Shown: positions 28,809 to 45,796 of the stretch, piece by piece | Layout: every line of letters starts with the position of its first letter | How positions within the stretch are numbered: position 1 is the stretch's first letter | Assembly: GCF_009914755.1 (NCBI RefSeq) | Contig: NC_060936.1 | Source: the human T2T-CHM13v2.0 reference genome, Homo sapiens | DNA: 64,000 nt | Direction: 5' to 3' (one strand) | Position numbers and translations under genes: made by a program | Notes under the pieces: generated by a model | The model's input: the letters and a program-made list of their open reading frames with translations, nothing else | Database searches by the model: none | What the model was told of the DNA's origin: nothing

Positions 28809-29046
28809 AAATGGCTGCCTGACTGGCTAGCTGTCTGGGTGGATGGGTGTATTAAAACCTTGTCCCTCTCTCCACAAAATTAAAAAAAAAAACTACTTGT
28901 CAATTAAAATACTGATATTATTCCTGAGAATCTGCATGTAAATTGGAATTTGATTTTTAAAACTTGATTTCCCATTATAATCGCATACATTATTTATCTT
29001 TTCTTTTAACTGATTTTGTAAGTCTCTGTTTTTTGTTTCTCTAAAG

Positions 29047-29262
29047 TTTTATTTTATTGTTTAATTGACAAATAATTGTATATACTTATGGGGTAAAACG
29101 TGATGTTTTGATACATCTATACATTGCATGATGATCAAATCAGGGTAATTAGCATATCCATCGCCTCAAATATTTTCATTTCTTTGTGGTGAGAACATTT
29201 AAAAATCCTCTCTTCTAGCTATTTTGAAATATGCAATATGTTATTATTAACTACAGTCACTA
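29047..29262 (-). mobile_element. L1MA 3' end
   Basis: 'aattgacaaataattgtata...caaatcagggtaattagcatatccatc...attattaactacagtcac'. Confidence 0.8.
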
Positions 29263-29291
29263 AAGCATCTGATTTTTTGTGTGTGGTGGGG

Positions 29292-29860
29292 GAAGGCATA
29301 CAAATTTATTTAACATGTATGTATACATGAGAGCATACGGAATGAAAACTCAAAAATATAGGGGAGATTTTCCATTTTTATGCTTAGGTTCAACAAAGTA
29401 TGGACAGCTGTGTGGAAACACAATTGCACAAAAAAGGTCTGATCTAATGCTAATAGCCTGAGTCGGGGAACCCAGCAAAGCCTGTCTGTCTAGACTCTTC
29501 TTGGCCTCTCTGAGCAGCATTCCTTTCTTCTGGGTATGGGGCAGGGCCCTCTCTGGAATGGGAATCTTGTGACCTACAGTCAAACAAGCTGGGTCAGATT
29601 ACTTCTTTATGGCCAGTTTTCACACAGAAAGTTGAAGGGAAAATTAGAGTAACAGTTTTAGGTTTTTATGGCTGGCTTTGGGGAAAAAGCATTCTGATTT
29701 CTGTAACTTGCATTGGAGAAGAGGGATTCTAGATTCTCTTGCTAGCCTCGGATGGAGAATGGGACTGAGAGACAGGAAAGCAGAAGGTCAGAGAAAAACT
29801 TTTATTTCTGAGGCTATTTCTGAAGCCTTCATTTTGGGGTATTGTTTTCTGAGCCCCACA
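29292..29860 (-). mobile_element. MER39 (ERV1) LTR, 3'-truncated
   Basis: Minus strand starts TGTGGGGCTCAGAAAACAATACCCCAAAATGAAGGC, the MER39-type LTR start. Confidence 0.75.
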
Positions 29861-30161
29861 GAAGAAAGGTACATTTTCTTTTTTGGCCTTGAGGTTGATG
29901 TTAAAGCTGGGCCTGAGCTGCTGTAGAAAATGACCCACTGTCCCTAGGGTCCCTAGGGTGGGCCAGAGCCAGACCAGACCCAAGGATTTGGAGAGGGCAC
30001 CATTTCCAAGATGTTGCTTTTATATTTCACACTACCACAGCATTTCACATTTAGCAGTGAGGGGAAGGGACAGCCGTGATTTTGATGATACTGTCAAAGC
30101 ATTCAAAGGTCTCCAGAGAAAAGAAGACCAGTCGAGTGGGGGTGACAGTATGAAAGGAAGA

Positions 30162-30303
30162 TTTTTTTTAATTCAATTGTATTTTAAGTTCCAGGATACA
30201 TGTGCAGAATGTGCAGGTTTGTTACATAGGTAAATGTGTGCCATGGTGGTTTGATGCACCTATCAACCCATCATCTAGGTATTAAGCCCCACATGCATTA
30301 GCT
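30162..30303 (-). mobile_element. L1PA (PA8-PA13-like) short 3' end
   Basis: 'ttttaagttccaggatacatgtgcagaatgtgcaggtttgttacataggtaaa...catgcattagct'. Confidence 0.85.
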
Positions 30304-33300
30304 TAGATGCTTACCAAGCATATGTTTTTTAACAGTTTAAAGTCTGTATTTCTAGACTCTTGATAAAAGAATTAGTAGTGTCATGGAATCATGAGGTTTC
30401 AAGGACATTGATCTCATTGGGTATACACGTGACCTCTATCCATAGCCTAAAATTATCTCTATAATATGTGAATCATTCAATTTTGTCATGCAAATTACAT
30501 TGACAAGGAATTCATTATTTCCTAAGAGCTTGCCTTCCAAAAGATGACAAGATGGCACTTAAAAGAATAAATAACTTGGTCACATTCTTTGAATCATTGG
30601 ATCTGAAAGCCCTTTAATTTGCCAGATAAAGAGGGCAATATATTTGTTTTCATATTTCTGCTAGTATATGTGTGTTTGCTTTTTGTCAATTTCACAGACG
30701 TAGTCCTGACTTATGCCCACATTATATTTAGTATACATTTCAACTTTTTGGATAACATAAAATTATAAAAGACTGGAAAAACCTTCCTGCCTCATTTTGT
30801 AGACCAAAGTATGCTAAACTCAGTCAGAAATGAAGCTGTTTATAGAGAAAAAATTATTTATTTATTGTTTAAATTATGTAACCAAATATTATCAAGTGCT
30901 CTCTTATACTCTGAGATTTAAATTAAAATTCAGTACCTTTTAAAACCGCTGTGTATTCTCCAAGATTTTTGCCAATTCTTTATAATTTATGTTCTCAAGG
31001 TCTCTATTCTTTCTGTTAATCTTTTAGTCTCCTTTATCACACTTTACTTGACTCTTTTGTCATTCTTGCATACTCAGACTTGTAACTCTGGTTTTCTATT
31101 TTAGTTTCACTCAACCCTCTTACACAAAGTGTATATGCATATAAAGCTTTTAGTCATGTTGGGTGACAGAGAGTGACATGCATTGCACCCAAGATATTAT
31201 CATTAACACTGGTCACATAACCAACCAACCAACTTTTGAAAGGACTTCTTTGCCCACATGTTGCATTTTAAAAAGATGTTCAAATAATAGATATGTGGCT
31301 CTCTTTTTATTCTACACATATTCACCTGCCATTTCTCTTACCAAACTAAGAATTTGCAGGAAAATAGTTTAGGAGACAAAGTAATCTCTGCTAACCAATA
31401 AAAGGAAGAGATGTAATATCAATGCAAGTTCCCCACAAGTGGCCACATGCATAGAATTACCACTGGGCAAGCCAAATTACATCTGATGGCAAGAGGACCA
31501 CATGTCTGGTCAATATTTGAGTCATGCACCAATTCTCTCATAAGCAAGGGCAGTAACGGAAAAGTGCACTGATTAAGATGTAAAGCAGAAACTTGTTTTG
31601 GGAAAGAGAGACAGTTCATCTGTGTGACAGAATAAAAATCTTGTTCGATATTCCTAGATTCTTTATTCAAATACCAGGCTGCTTTCCAATAAAAAATTTG
31701 GCCTCAATAAGTAATATAGGAAATTAAGCAAATCTCTCAATGGGCTGATTCTCAGTGTTGCCATGTCAGAACCAAAATTGAGTTCATTTTGAAACACATA
31801 GACATATGCTGCTTTAATAATGTTTTCAGGTGACCTTTGCAAATGTATACCAGCAGGATTGTTCTTGAAGTTACAAACCCACATGGGTCAGATGATAGTA
31901 TTGTCAGAGATTTGTAGCAACCTTGTGCTGCCAGAGCTACTTCTGTAAGACACACTCCTTTCACCTAGAGCAGTGCATAATGCCAATACATTTCCTTTTC
32001 TGATCTTGAAGGAACAGCAAGATGGTATCTGGAAGATGTTCTGAATTTCAAGGAACATGAATCTATGCTAATCTGGGACCTCCCTGGGATTTAGTCACAA
32101 AGAATATTAAATTGTTGCCTCCGAGCTGAATTTGATTTTAATTAAAATATACATTTTTAAATTTTACAGATCAGCTTTAACTCCCCTGTAAATAGCTGCT
32201 AAACTATAAACATCACAGATCAGTGATGAGAAAATGATCTGATAGCATGTCTTTAGAAATCTCCTTCATTTGGCCAATGGAAACAGTGAAAGGACTTGCT
32301 TCAGCGTTGAACAGCATTCCATGATAATAATCATGTAAGAAGAAATTTCCTTTGAGTTTAAAACCAAACAGGTGGAAGCTGTCAGGACACACTAGCAAAG
32401 AATCTGAGAAACTAATTCTAGCTCAATCTTTTCTATTAATGCCCTTTTGCCCACACAATCTTATTTCTGCCTGATCCACTGTTGTGTAAGATACTGAACA
32501 CAGCTGTGGATCAATGAAGTCATTTACAGATCCACCTCGTGGGTAAGATAAATGATGGATTAATCTAAGTTCCCTGGGGTCCTTATTTTTGGAACATATC
32601 CTAATGGCAACTGAAATCCCTTACTGGAGTTTTCTCAAATTGTTGCCTTCTCTTTTTCTCCTTTCTAAATTTAATGTTTTTCTTTTTCATGTTGCTGTTG
32701 TTAACATTCTATTATTGCTTCCAAGTTACTCCAATTCTATAAGAATTATAAACATTGGTTTCTGTGCCTAGCTATGGGTCTTTCCGATCACAAAGATGAA
32801 AGGTGCAGAACTTTATTACACAGGCGCTGAATGTTAAAATTATCCCACAGCAAGTAATTTATCTTTTTCAAAATTATGGGGTATGCAACTAAATTCTGGC
32901 ACTTGATGTCCGTTTATATCGATGCTGAAGAACAAGAGGAAAATAAACAAAGGGCAAACAAGTCTGGAAGGAAGGTAATGCTATTTTTTTTCCAGGACAT
33001 CAAATTTTGAGATAGTCACAACAAAGCTGCAATTATAATCATGAAGTATGACTACCAAATGAGTTTCCTTACTTTTTCTCCATCATGATATAATCTGTGA
33101 ATCATCATTTTAGTGGTGAGGATGGTGGTATTGAAGGTGGCATTAAAGGATTGTGGCATGTATGATCTTATTTAATGCTGAAGATAATTCTAGGAAATAG
33201 ATAGTAGTAATGATCCCATTTTGCAGATGAGGAGCTGTGGCTAATAATAGGCATTTCTCTAAGATCACACTGCTAATAAAGAATTGAATTGAAGTTTGAT

Positions 33301-33634
33301 TGACTATGGGAGATAACAACTGATAGACCTGGAGAAATTACACTTGAAAGACATGCAGAATCTACATTCAATCTATAGTTTTACAAAAGGTATTTTCTTG
33401 TATTTTTTCTGCATATCAGAATATAGAAATTGTTTATTATCAGAGTAAATTAAGATATCTTGTTTTGTTCCAGAGAGTCAACTCTCCACCTTCAAGTGAA
33501 GCTACTTGCTTTATTTGGGTTCTCTTTGAATATGTCAAATGACCAAAATGGCATGCTATTCTACTTTCAGTATCTGGGTCTCAAATGCATCTTAGAAGAT
33601 ACGTTATTTGATGTTTGCTTCTCTTACGAAGAAC

Positions 33635-33685
33635 TAAGTCTGATAGAACAATGAAGGTAAGTCTGATAGAACTATGAAGGTAAGT
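33635..33685. repeat. 23 bp tandem duplication
   Basis: taagtctgatagaac(a/t)atgaagg x2 followed by taagt. Confidence 0.9.
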
Positions 33686-34020
33686 GAGAGAGGTTGCTGG
33701 GTGTCATATATGATTTAAAAGGGATAACCAGAACTCAATCTTGAAAATCTGGGATGAATTTTGATAGCACTGGATATCTTGCAAAATGTTAAATACCTAT
33801 TGAACTGTTCTGGTTTTTCATTTGTTGTAGAGAAGATCATTTTCCCAGAAAAGTCTTCAGAAAAAGCACCTTTCTCTCCCAACAGTCTATCTTTAGAAAA
33901 TCCTTACTCCCTACTATGTGATTTCTCATGCCTTAACAGTTTAATGAATTACCAAAAGGCTGTCTCTTTGAGGTTTTCATGGAGACTGACTTAGAACATA
34001 CAATGCTGTGGAATACACTG

Positions 34021-34249
34021 AATTACGTAAAAAAAAAAAAAAAAGTCACCCACTTTCTTACATGTAAAGAATCTTCTTATATCTACACCCTTTGAACTGT
34101 GAGATCATTTTCTCTGCATGCTTAATTTATTCATTAAATGAAGTATAAATTTTAGACTAAACCCACCCAAGCATATTCCCCTGTCTGTTCTGAGGGGATA
34201 AGAGCAAATGTTCACCTTGTATATCTTGTTAACTGAGAAAAAGTTGCAC
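34021..34249 (+). repeat. Diverged direct repeat, copy 1 (pair at 35098-35316)
   Basis: Shared blocks ttcttacatgtaaa, tgtgagatcat, catgcttaatttattcattaaat, tttagactaaaccca, gttaactgagaaaaagttgcac. Confidence 0.9.
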
Positions 34250-35097
34250 CTAGTGTCAGTCTCTTTTGGGATTTGATGATCTTCAATGTAGTATTCATGG
34301 GCTATGTAGCCTATGGTGACCATTTTTTGCTTTTGTTATGCTTATGAAAACACCAATTATTTAGAAAACAACCATCTTAATGATTATTCTTTATTGTCAT
34401 AATTAAATAAATCAGATAACTGTTTATAATTAGGTACCCACTGAAATCTCAAGAGAAATTATATTTTCCATGAAGCATTTTTTTATATGCAAATATGTAG
34501 TTTTCGTCAGTGATGAAACAACACAGTTGAGTTCTTTGAATTGGAGATGATATCAGGCTTTTTTGTGAATTATCACTGTTGTAGTAGGGAGAATGTTTGA
34601 TTTTCCAAAGTTACATTGTTGGCAGAAAAAGAAAATCATTGCAAATAAGTTTACATTTAAATATGTTTAGCATTTTATGCATTCTGACATATTTAAAAAG
34701 TCAATAAAGTACTTATGATTCACTTTATTAGCACTTATGACATATTTTCATGGCTTGTAAAGAATCTTTAAAACCTTAGAAAGACCCAAATTTATTATGA
34801 TTATTATAGTTATAATCAGTTTTGAATAAGATAAGCTGACTGGATCCAAAACATGGCACTATGGCTAGGAAAATATATAGAAGTAATAAAATTTTTACAA
34901 TTATGCTATAAAATACTAGCAAAATTATAAGGAAACATTAATTTTGTACTCTACTTTGATAATAATATGCTGAATAAAATGGATAATCAAAATTTCTTTC
35001 AGATCTCTGGAAGGAAAAAAAAACTTCCATAAAAATGTGCCCCCCTTTCATATCCTACTTTAAGAAAGCAGACAAGTTTCATATTAAAAAAGACCTC

Positions 35098-35316
35098 AAT
35101 GACATAAAAAATCCACTTCTTACATGTAAAAAATAGTGTTATGTCTAGAGCTTTTGAATTGTGAGATCATCTTCTCTTCATGCTTAATTTATTCATTAAA
35201 TTAAGTGTAGTATTAAGTTTAGACTAAACCCAACCAGGCATATTGCCTTGTCTATTTTGAGGAAATAGAAGCAAGTGTTTGCCTTGGATATATGGTTAAC
35301 TGAGAAAAAGTTGCAC
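35098..35316 (+). repeat. Diverged direct repeat, copy 2
   Basis: Same colinear blocks as 34021-34249. Confidence 0.9.
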
Positions 35317-35761
35317 AATGAATTAGATGCTTTCCAGATTTCCCATTTTCCGTCGATTGGTAAGCCTGACTTTCAGCTATGGCACTGGGACACCTCCAGA
35401 TCAATACATAGCTTGTTCAGGCACTATTTTGTCAAAGGTGCTCCTCAGTTGGTAAATTTATCCTACACAATTTAGTTCTATCTTGTTTAAGTACACCGTA
35501 CTAATATTGGAAGATATTATTTTTTGAAATTTTAGAAAGAAAATAGAAATATCATTTAAAAATGGATTCATCCACTTTCAAATTTACAGCATTTTAGACT
35601 GTTCTGAATATTTTGTAGTAAAAAAAATCTGCAGCAATCTAAAAAATTTAGTGAAGCATTATTAGTTGTTTATGTACATCCCACACACATACACAGGAAA
35701 AGAGTATTAACTTCCAATCTTTGTTGTTAAGAAATCGGCATAAGCTTTGATTTAAAAAATG

Positions 35762-37372
35762 GGAAAGAGGTCATAAAGATGGTAGGATAGGCGGCCTCAG
35801 CCTTTATCACTCACAGAAAGACTTATTTAACAACTATTCATGGGAAAAATACCTTCATGAGGTCTCTAGAATTCAGATTAGAGGTTAAAACACCCAGGTG
35901 GGGCACAGAAAGGATAAAAGATTTATTAAAAAGGGTAAGAACACCAGTTCCACTTTACCGAAACCATCTCTCCCACAAGCTGACAAAAGCACAGTGCCAA
36001 GAGGGATCCCACTGGCCCACAATTTCTTCCATGGAGAAAAAAAAAAGTGCAAAGTGAGGATCCAACTTACCCCAAATTTAAGAATGAGGCCCAAGGGGGC
36101 TACTTCTGGTGTGCTTCACGCAAATCACTATGGGAATTTGCATGGCTAGATTGATTGAAGGTAGGACAACTAAGAAAAGGGGAAGAGGTCTCTCAACAAC
36201 CTACCTGTGTATCTCACAGCCAGCCCATAGCCCCTGGTAGAAGGCACACTTACAAACGCCAGCAGCAAGTTTGATTGCAGGTCCCAGAATCTTGATTGCC
36301 CATGGACCCAGCCAACTTATTTGCCCAGAATCTTTGGCCAGGCTGCTATTGAAGGGCTTTTCCTGGCAAAGCCATCCCCTAAAGATTGAAAGAAATGATT
36401 ACGTCTTTAAATGCACATAAGCCAATGCAAGGATACAAAGATCATGAAGAATACAAAACTTGACACTACAAGGAATAAAATAAAGCTCCAGTAAGTAATC
36501 CTAAAGATAGAGAAATCTACAACCTGCCTGACAAAAAATTCAAAATATTTTTTTCTAAGCTCAGGAGCTACAAGAGAACACAAGTCAACAATTAAACAAA
36601 AATAGGAAAGCAATACATGAACAAAATTTAAACCTTGCAGGCCAGAGGAAAATGAAATGATATATTCACAGGGCTGAAAGAATAAAACTGCCAAACAAAA
36701 ATTTTACATTGGGCGATCCTATCTTTAAAAAATAGAGACATAAAGACCGTCCAGACAGGCAAAATTGAGAGAATTTGTCATTGATAAAACTGCCTCACAA
36801 GAGGTGCTAAACAGAGATTTAAAATTGTAGTAAATGGATTTTAAACAGCAATATGAGAGCATACAAAAGTCTAAATCTCATTGGTATAGGTGAATATATA
36901 AACAAATACATAATATTTCAATACTATCATGATGGTGTGTAACCTATTTTAATCCTGTTATAAAAGTTAAAAGACAAAATATTAAAAATAACAATAAGCA
37001 CCAAAGTGCATTAATGGATATACGATATAAAAAGGTATAAAGTTTGACATTAAAATAGAGCATGTGTGTGGGTGATATAAAAGTATAGTTTTTCTATGTG
37101 GTTGAAGTTAAGCTGGTATTAGCCTGAAATATATTGTCACAACTATAAAAAATTTAATGCAAACTTCATGGCAACTGCAAAGAAAAAACCTACAATAAAT
37201 ACAAGAAAAATAAAAGTATATCCCTACAAAAATAATCAAATCACAAAGAAAAACAGCAAGAGAGGAAGAGAGAAATAAAATAACTATTAAATAGATAAAA
37301 CCACAAATAAAGTATCAATAATAAGTTCTCACCTAACAATAAGTAGTTTAAATGTAAATGGATTAATTCATC
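35762..37372 (+). mobile_element. Older L1 (L1MA/MB class): 5'UTR, internally deleted ORF1, spacer and ORF2 start
   Basis: 'aagatgg' start; ORF1 motifs; ORF2 start 'agttctcacctaacaataagtagtttaaatgtaaatggatt'. Confidence 0.7.
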
Positions 37373-40300
37373 TGGGAAAAACAGCAGATAGGAGGCAGAA
37401 CCAAATTGCAGCTTCCATTCAGATGGACAGAGCAGCGCATGGAGACTGACATTGTGACTTTTGCTCCAAGAACTCCCACAGGAACATACCGAGGAAGCCA
37501 AGAGAGTCCACAGACCCTTTGAAGAAAGTGGATTGCTCCTGCAGGCTCCAGGAGACAACTGAAAAACTGTGAGTTCCCAAAGTGGGAAAGGAGGATTGTC
37601 AGCCCCAAGTCACAGACTCACACTGGGGAGCCTGAAGGTCCAGGTCACAGGAGAAGAATTGACCTTACCTAGAGCTGAGACAAATTTAGTGACCCGAGTG
37701 AAATATGGGGGTAGAAGAAGCAGTGGGAAGAGCCCTGTGGGCTCTCTTGGTTCCCAGGAAAGCCATTTCTGACTTTGTCTCTCAGAGGTCTTTGGGGAGG
37801 GCTGCCAGAGGAAATGGAAAAGACCACAGGGAGAAGGAAACTTCCAGCTGAACTTTGTTACAATTTTGACTGAAAGTGAAGTTTCCTGGCCAGAACTCAG
37901 GGAAGGGGATGAAGTGGGAGTGCAGACACAGCATAGAAGCTACAGCAGGCAGTGTAAAACCTGAAAGCCCTGCTTGCTTTCTCAGCTGGGAGGCAGGTAG
38001 CCTGGGTCAGGTTCTCAGCCCTGCTCACCCACTGCCTGGAAATAAACTCAGTGCTATTGCGGGGGGCATGATGAGAGTGAGACTGCTCCTTTGGGTTGTA
38101 TGGGAGCTGGGTGAGGCCCGCAACTGTCGACTTTCCCCCACTTCCCTGTGAACTGCATAATACAGCACAGGCAGCCATAATTCTCCTGGGAACATAACTC
38201 AATTGGCCTGAAAACAACACCTCCATTCCCCACAGCAGCTGCAGCAAGCTCCACCCAAGAAGAGTCTGAGCTCAGATATGCCTAACACTGCCCCCACCCG
38301 ATGGCCTTTCTCTACCCTCCCTGGTAGCCAAAGACAAAGGACATAGTCTCTTAGGAGCTCTAGGAGCCTGCCCACCAGCTGATTCTCCCTATGCTCTCTT
38401 GAAAGTGCCACCTCCTGGCTGGAGGCCAACCAACAAAAAAATAGCAATAAACAAAACTACAATTAAGAGCCCTCACAGAGTGTATTTCACTCCCCTGCCA
38501 CCTCCACTACAGCTGGTGCTGGTACCCATGGTTGAGAGACCTGAAGACAGTTCACATCACAGGACTCTGTGCAGACACCCCCCAGTACCTGCAGAAAGCC
38601 TGGTAGCTCTAGATCCAGAAGGCAAAAGCAATCACTGCAGCTAGGTTCTTAGGAAGTCACATCCGTAGGGGAAGAAGGAGAGTGCTACATCAAGGGAGCA
38701 CCCTGTGGGACAAAAGCATCTGAAAAGCAGCCTGTGAGCCCCAGATCTTCCCTCTGACATAGCCTACCCCAAAAAGAAAGAATCAGAAAAACAATTCTGG
38801 TAATATGACAAAACAAGGTTCTTTAACACCCACCAAAATCACACTAGCTCAGCAGTAATGGATCCAAACCAAGAAGTAATCCCTGAATATCTAGAAAAAG
38901 AATTCAGGTCGATTATTAAGCTAATCAAGGAGGCACCAGAGAAAGGTGAAGTTCAACTTAATGAAATTAAAAAAAAATAAGATATGAAGGGAAAAACCTA
39001 CAGTGAAATAGATAGCATAAAAAAAAAACAATCACAACTTCTGGAAATGAAGGATAAACTTAGAGAAATGCAAGACACACTGGAAAGTCTTGACAATAGA
39101 ATCAAATAAGCAGAAGAAAAACTTCAGAGTTCGAAGACAAGGTTTGTGAATTAACCTAACCCAACAAAGACAAAGAAAAAAGAATATTTTAAAAAATGAA
39201 CAAAGCCTTTAAGAAGTTTGAGATTATGTTAAATGACCAAACCTGAGAATAATTGGTATTCCTGAGGAAGAAGATAAATCTAAAAGTTTGGAAAACATAT
39301 TTAAGGGAAGAATTGAGGAAAACTTCCCTGGCCTTGCTAGAGATCTAGATATCCAAATACAAGAAGCTCAAAGAACATCTGGGAAATTTATCACAGAAAG
39401 ATTATCAACTAGGAACTTAGTCATCAGGTTATCTAAAGTCAAGATGAAGGAAAGAATTTTAAGATCTGTGAGGCAAAAGCATCAGGTAACCTATAAAGGA
39501 AAACCTATCAGATTAACAGCCGATTTATCAGCAGAAATCTTACAAGCTAGAAGGGATTGGGACTCTATCTTCAATCTCCTTAAAACAATTATCAGCCATG
39601 GATTTTGTATCCAGGAAAAATGAGTTTCATAAATGAAGGAAAGATATAATCTTTTTCAGACAAACAAATGCTGAGAGAATTCACCACTACTGAGCCAGCA
39701 CTACAAAAACTTCTAAAAGGAGCTCTAAATCTTGAAACAAATTCTCAAAATAATAATACAGCAAAATAGAACTTCCTTAAAGCACGCAGGACTTATAAAA
39801 CAAAAACACAATTAAAAAACAAGGTATTCAGGCAACAGAGATTATGATGAATATGATACTACCTCACATCTCAATGTGAACATTTAATGTAAATACCTAA
39901 ATGCTCCATTTAAAAGATACAGAATGGCAGAATGGATAAGAATTCACCAACCAAGTATCTGCTGTCTTCAGAAGATTCACCTGACATATAACTACTCACA
40001 TAAACTTAAGGTTTAGGGGTGGAAAGAATATTTCATACAGATGGACACCAAAAGTGAGCCAGAGTAACTATTCTTATATAAGACAAAACAAACTTTAAAG
40101 CAACAGTAGTTTAAAAAGGCCAAGGGGAACATTATATAATGATAAAAGGACTTTTCCCAAAGGAAAATATCACAATTATAAATATGCACCTAACACTGCA
40201 GCCCCCAAATTTATAAAGCAATTACTTCTAGACAGAAGCAATGAGATTAGATGGCAATACAATAATAGTTGGGGACTTCAATACTTAACTGACAGCATTA

Positions 40301-41036
40301 GACAAGTCATCAACACAGAAAGTTAACAAAGAAACAATGAACTTAAACTATACCCTAGAACAAATGGACTTAACAGATATTTATAGGACATTCTAACCAA
40401 CAACTGCAAAATATACATTCTATTCATCAGCACATGGAACATTCTCCAAGACAGACTATATCATAGGGCACAAAACAAGTCTCAGTAAATTTAAGAAAAT
40501 CTAAATTATATCAAGTACTCTCTTAGACTGCAGTGGAATAAAATTGCAAATCAACTCCAAAACGAACCCTCAAAACCATGCAAATACATGGAAATTAAAT
40601 AACCAGCTCCTGAATGATCATTGGGTCAATAATTAAATCCAGATAAAAATTAAAAAATTGTTTGAACTGAATGATAATGGTGACACAAGTTACCAAAACG
40701 TCTGGGATACAACAAAGGTGGTGCTAAGAGGAAAGTTCAAAGCCTTAAATGCCTACATCAAAAATTCTGAAAGAGCACAAAACTTAATCTAAGGTTATAC
40801 CTCAAGGTACTAGAGAAAAAGAACAAACCAAACCCAAACCCAGCAGAAGAAAAGAAATAACCAAGATCAGATTAGAACTAAATGAAATTGAAGTAAACAA
40901 ACAAAAAATACAAAAGATAAATAAACAAAAGCTGATTCTTTGAAAAGATAAATAAAGCTGATAGATCATTAGTGAGATTAACCAAGAAAAGAAGAGAGAA
41001 GATTCAAATAAGCTCAATTAAAAAAGAAATGGAAAA

Positions 41037-43587
<2,551 letters not shown>

Positions 43588-45796
43588 GAAGATATTATAA
43601 CTGATACCACAGAAATACAAAAGATCATTCAAGGCCGCTATGAACACATTTACCCATATAAACTAGAAAACCTAGAGGAGATGGATAAATTCTTGGAAAT
43701 ATACAACCATCCTAATTATACCAGGAAGATACAGAAACTCTGAAAAGACCAATAAATAGTAAGAAAAAAAATTGCCAACAGAAAAAAGCCCAGGACCAGA
43801 TGGATTCACAGTTGAATTTGATCAGACATTCAAATAAGAATTGGTACCAATCCTATTGACACTATTTCACAACATAGAGAAAGAGGAAATCCTCCCTAAA
43901 TCATTCTATGAAGACAGCAACACCCTAATACCAAAACCAGGAAAGGACATAACAAAAACAAAAAATACACACAAATATCCTTGATGAATATAGATGCAAA
44001 AATCCTTAACAAAATACTAGTTAACCAAATCCAACAGCGTATCAAGAAGATAATCCAGCATAATCAAGTGGGTTTCACACCAGGGATGCAGCAACAGTTT
44101 AACATATACAAGTCAATAAATATGATATACCACATAAACAGAATTAAAAACAAAAATCACATGTTCATATCAAATGACACCGAAAAAGCGTTCGACAAAA
44201 TTCAGCATCTCTTTATGATTAAAACTCTCAGCAAAATTGTCATAAAAAGGACATACCTTAATCTAATAAAAGCCATCTGTGAAAAACCCACAGCCAACAT
44301 TGTACCGAATGGTGAAAAGTTTAAAGCATTTTCCCAGAGAACTGGAAGAAGACAAGGATGCTCACTCTCATCACTGCTATTCACCATGGTACTGGAAGTC
44401 CTAGCCAGAGCAATCAGACAAGGGAAGGAAATAAAGGGCATCGAAATCAATAAAGAGGAAGTCAACCTGTTGCTGTTTGCTGATAATATGATCATATACC
44501 TAGAAAACCCTAAAAAGTCCTCCAAAAAGCTCAAAAAACTGACAAAGAATTCATCAAAGTTTCAGGACATAAAATCAATGTACAGAAATCAGTAGCACTG
44601 CTGTACACCAACAGCAACCAAGCTGAGAATCAAATCAAGAACTCAACCCCTTTCACAATAGATGCAAAAATAATAATAAAATAAAATACTTGGAATATAC
44701 CTAACCAAGGAGGTAAAAAACCTCTATAAGGAAACAAGGAAAACTAGAAAACACTGCTGAAAGAAATCATAGATGACAGAAACAAATGGAAACACATTCC
44801 ATACTCATGGATGAGTAGGATCAATATCACGAAAATGACCATACTGCCAAAAGCAATCTACAAATTCAATGCAATTTCTATCAAAATACTACCATCATTC
44901 TTCACAGAACTAGAAAAAACAATCCTAAAATTCATATGGAACCGAAAAAGAGCCCACATAGCCAAATCAAGACTAAGCAAAAAGAACAAATCTGGAAACA
45001 TCACGTTACCCGACTTCAAACTACACTACAAGGCCATAGTCACCAAAACAGCGTGGTATTGGTATAAAAATAGGCTCATAGATCAATGGAACAGAATAGA
45101 GAACCCAAAAATAAACCCAAATACTTTCAGCCAACTGATCTTCAACAAAGCCAACAAAAGCATAAAGTGAAGAAAGGACACCCTATTTAACAAATGGTGA
45201 TGGGATAATTGGCAAGCCATGTGTAGAAGGATGAAACTGGATTCTCGTCTCTCACCTTACACAAAAATCAACTCAAGATGGATCAAGGATTTAAATCTAA
45301 GACCTGAAACCATAAAGATTCTAGAAGATAATATTGGAAAAACCCTTCTAGACATTGGCTGAAGCAAAGACTTCATGACCAAGAACTGAAAAGCAAATGC
45401 AATAAAAACAAAGATAAATAGATGGGACTTAATTAAACTAAAAAGCTTCTGCACAACAAATAATAATAATAATAATCAGCAGAGTTAACAGACAACCCAC
45501 AGAGTGGAAGAAAATCATCACAATCTGTACATCCAACAAAGAACTAATATGAAGAATCTACAAAGAACTCAAACAAATCAGCAAGAAAAAAAAATCCCTT
45601 CAAAAAGTGGGCTAAGGACATGAATAGACAGTTCTCATAAGAAGATATACAAATGGCCAACAAGCATATGAAAAAATGCTCAACATCAGTAATTATCAGG
45701 GAAATGAAAATATCAAAACCACAATGGAATACTACCTTTTTCCTGCAAGAATGGACATAATCAAAAAATCAAAAAATAATAGATGTTGGTGTGGAT

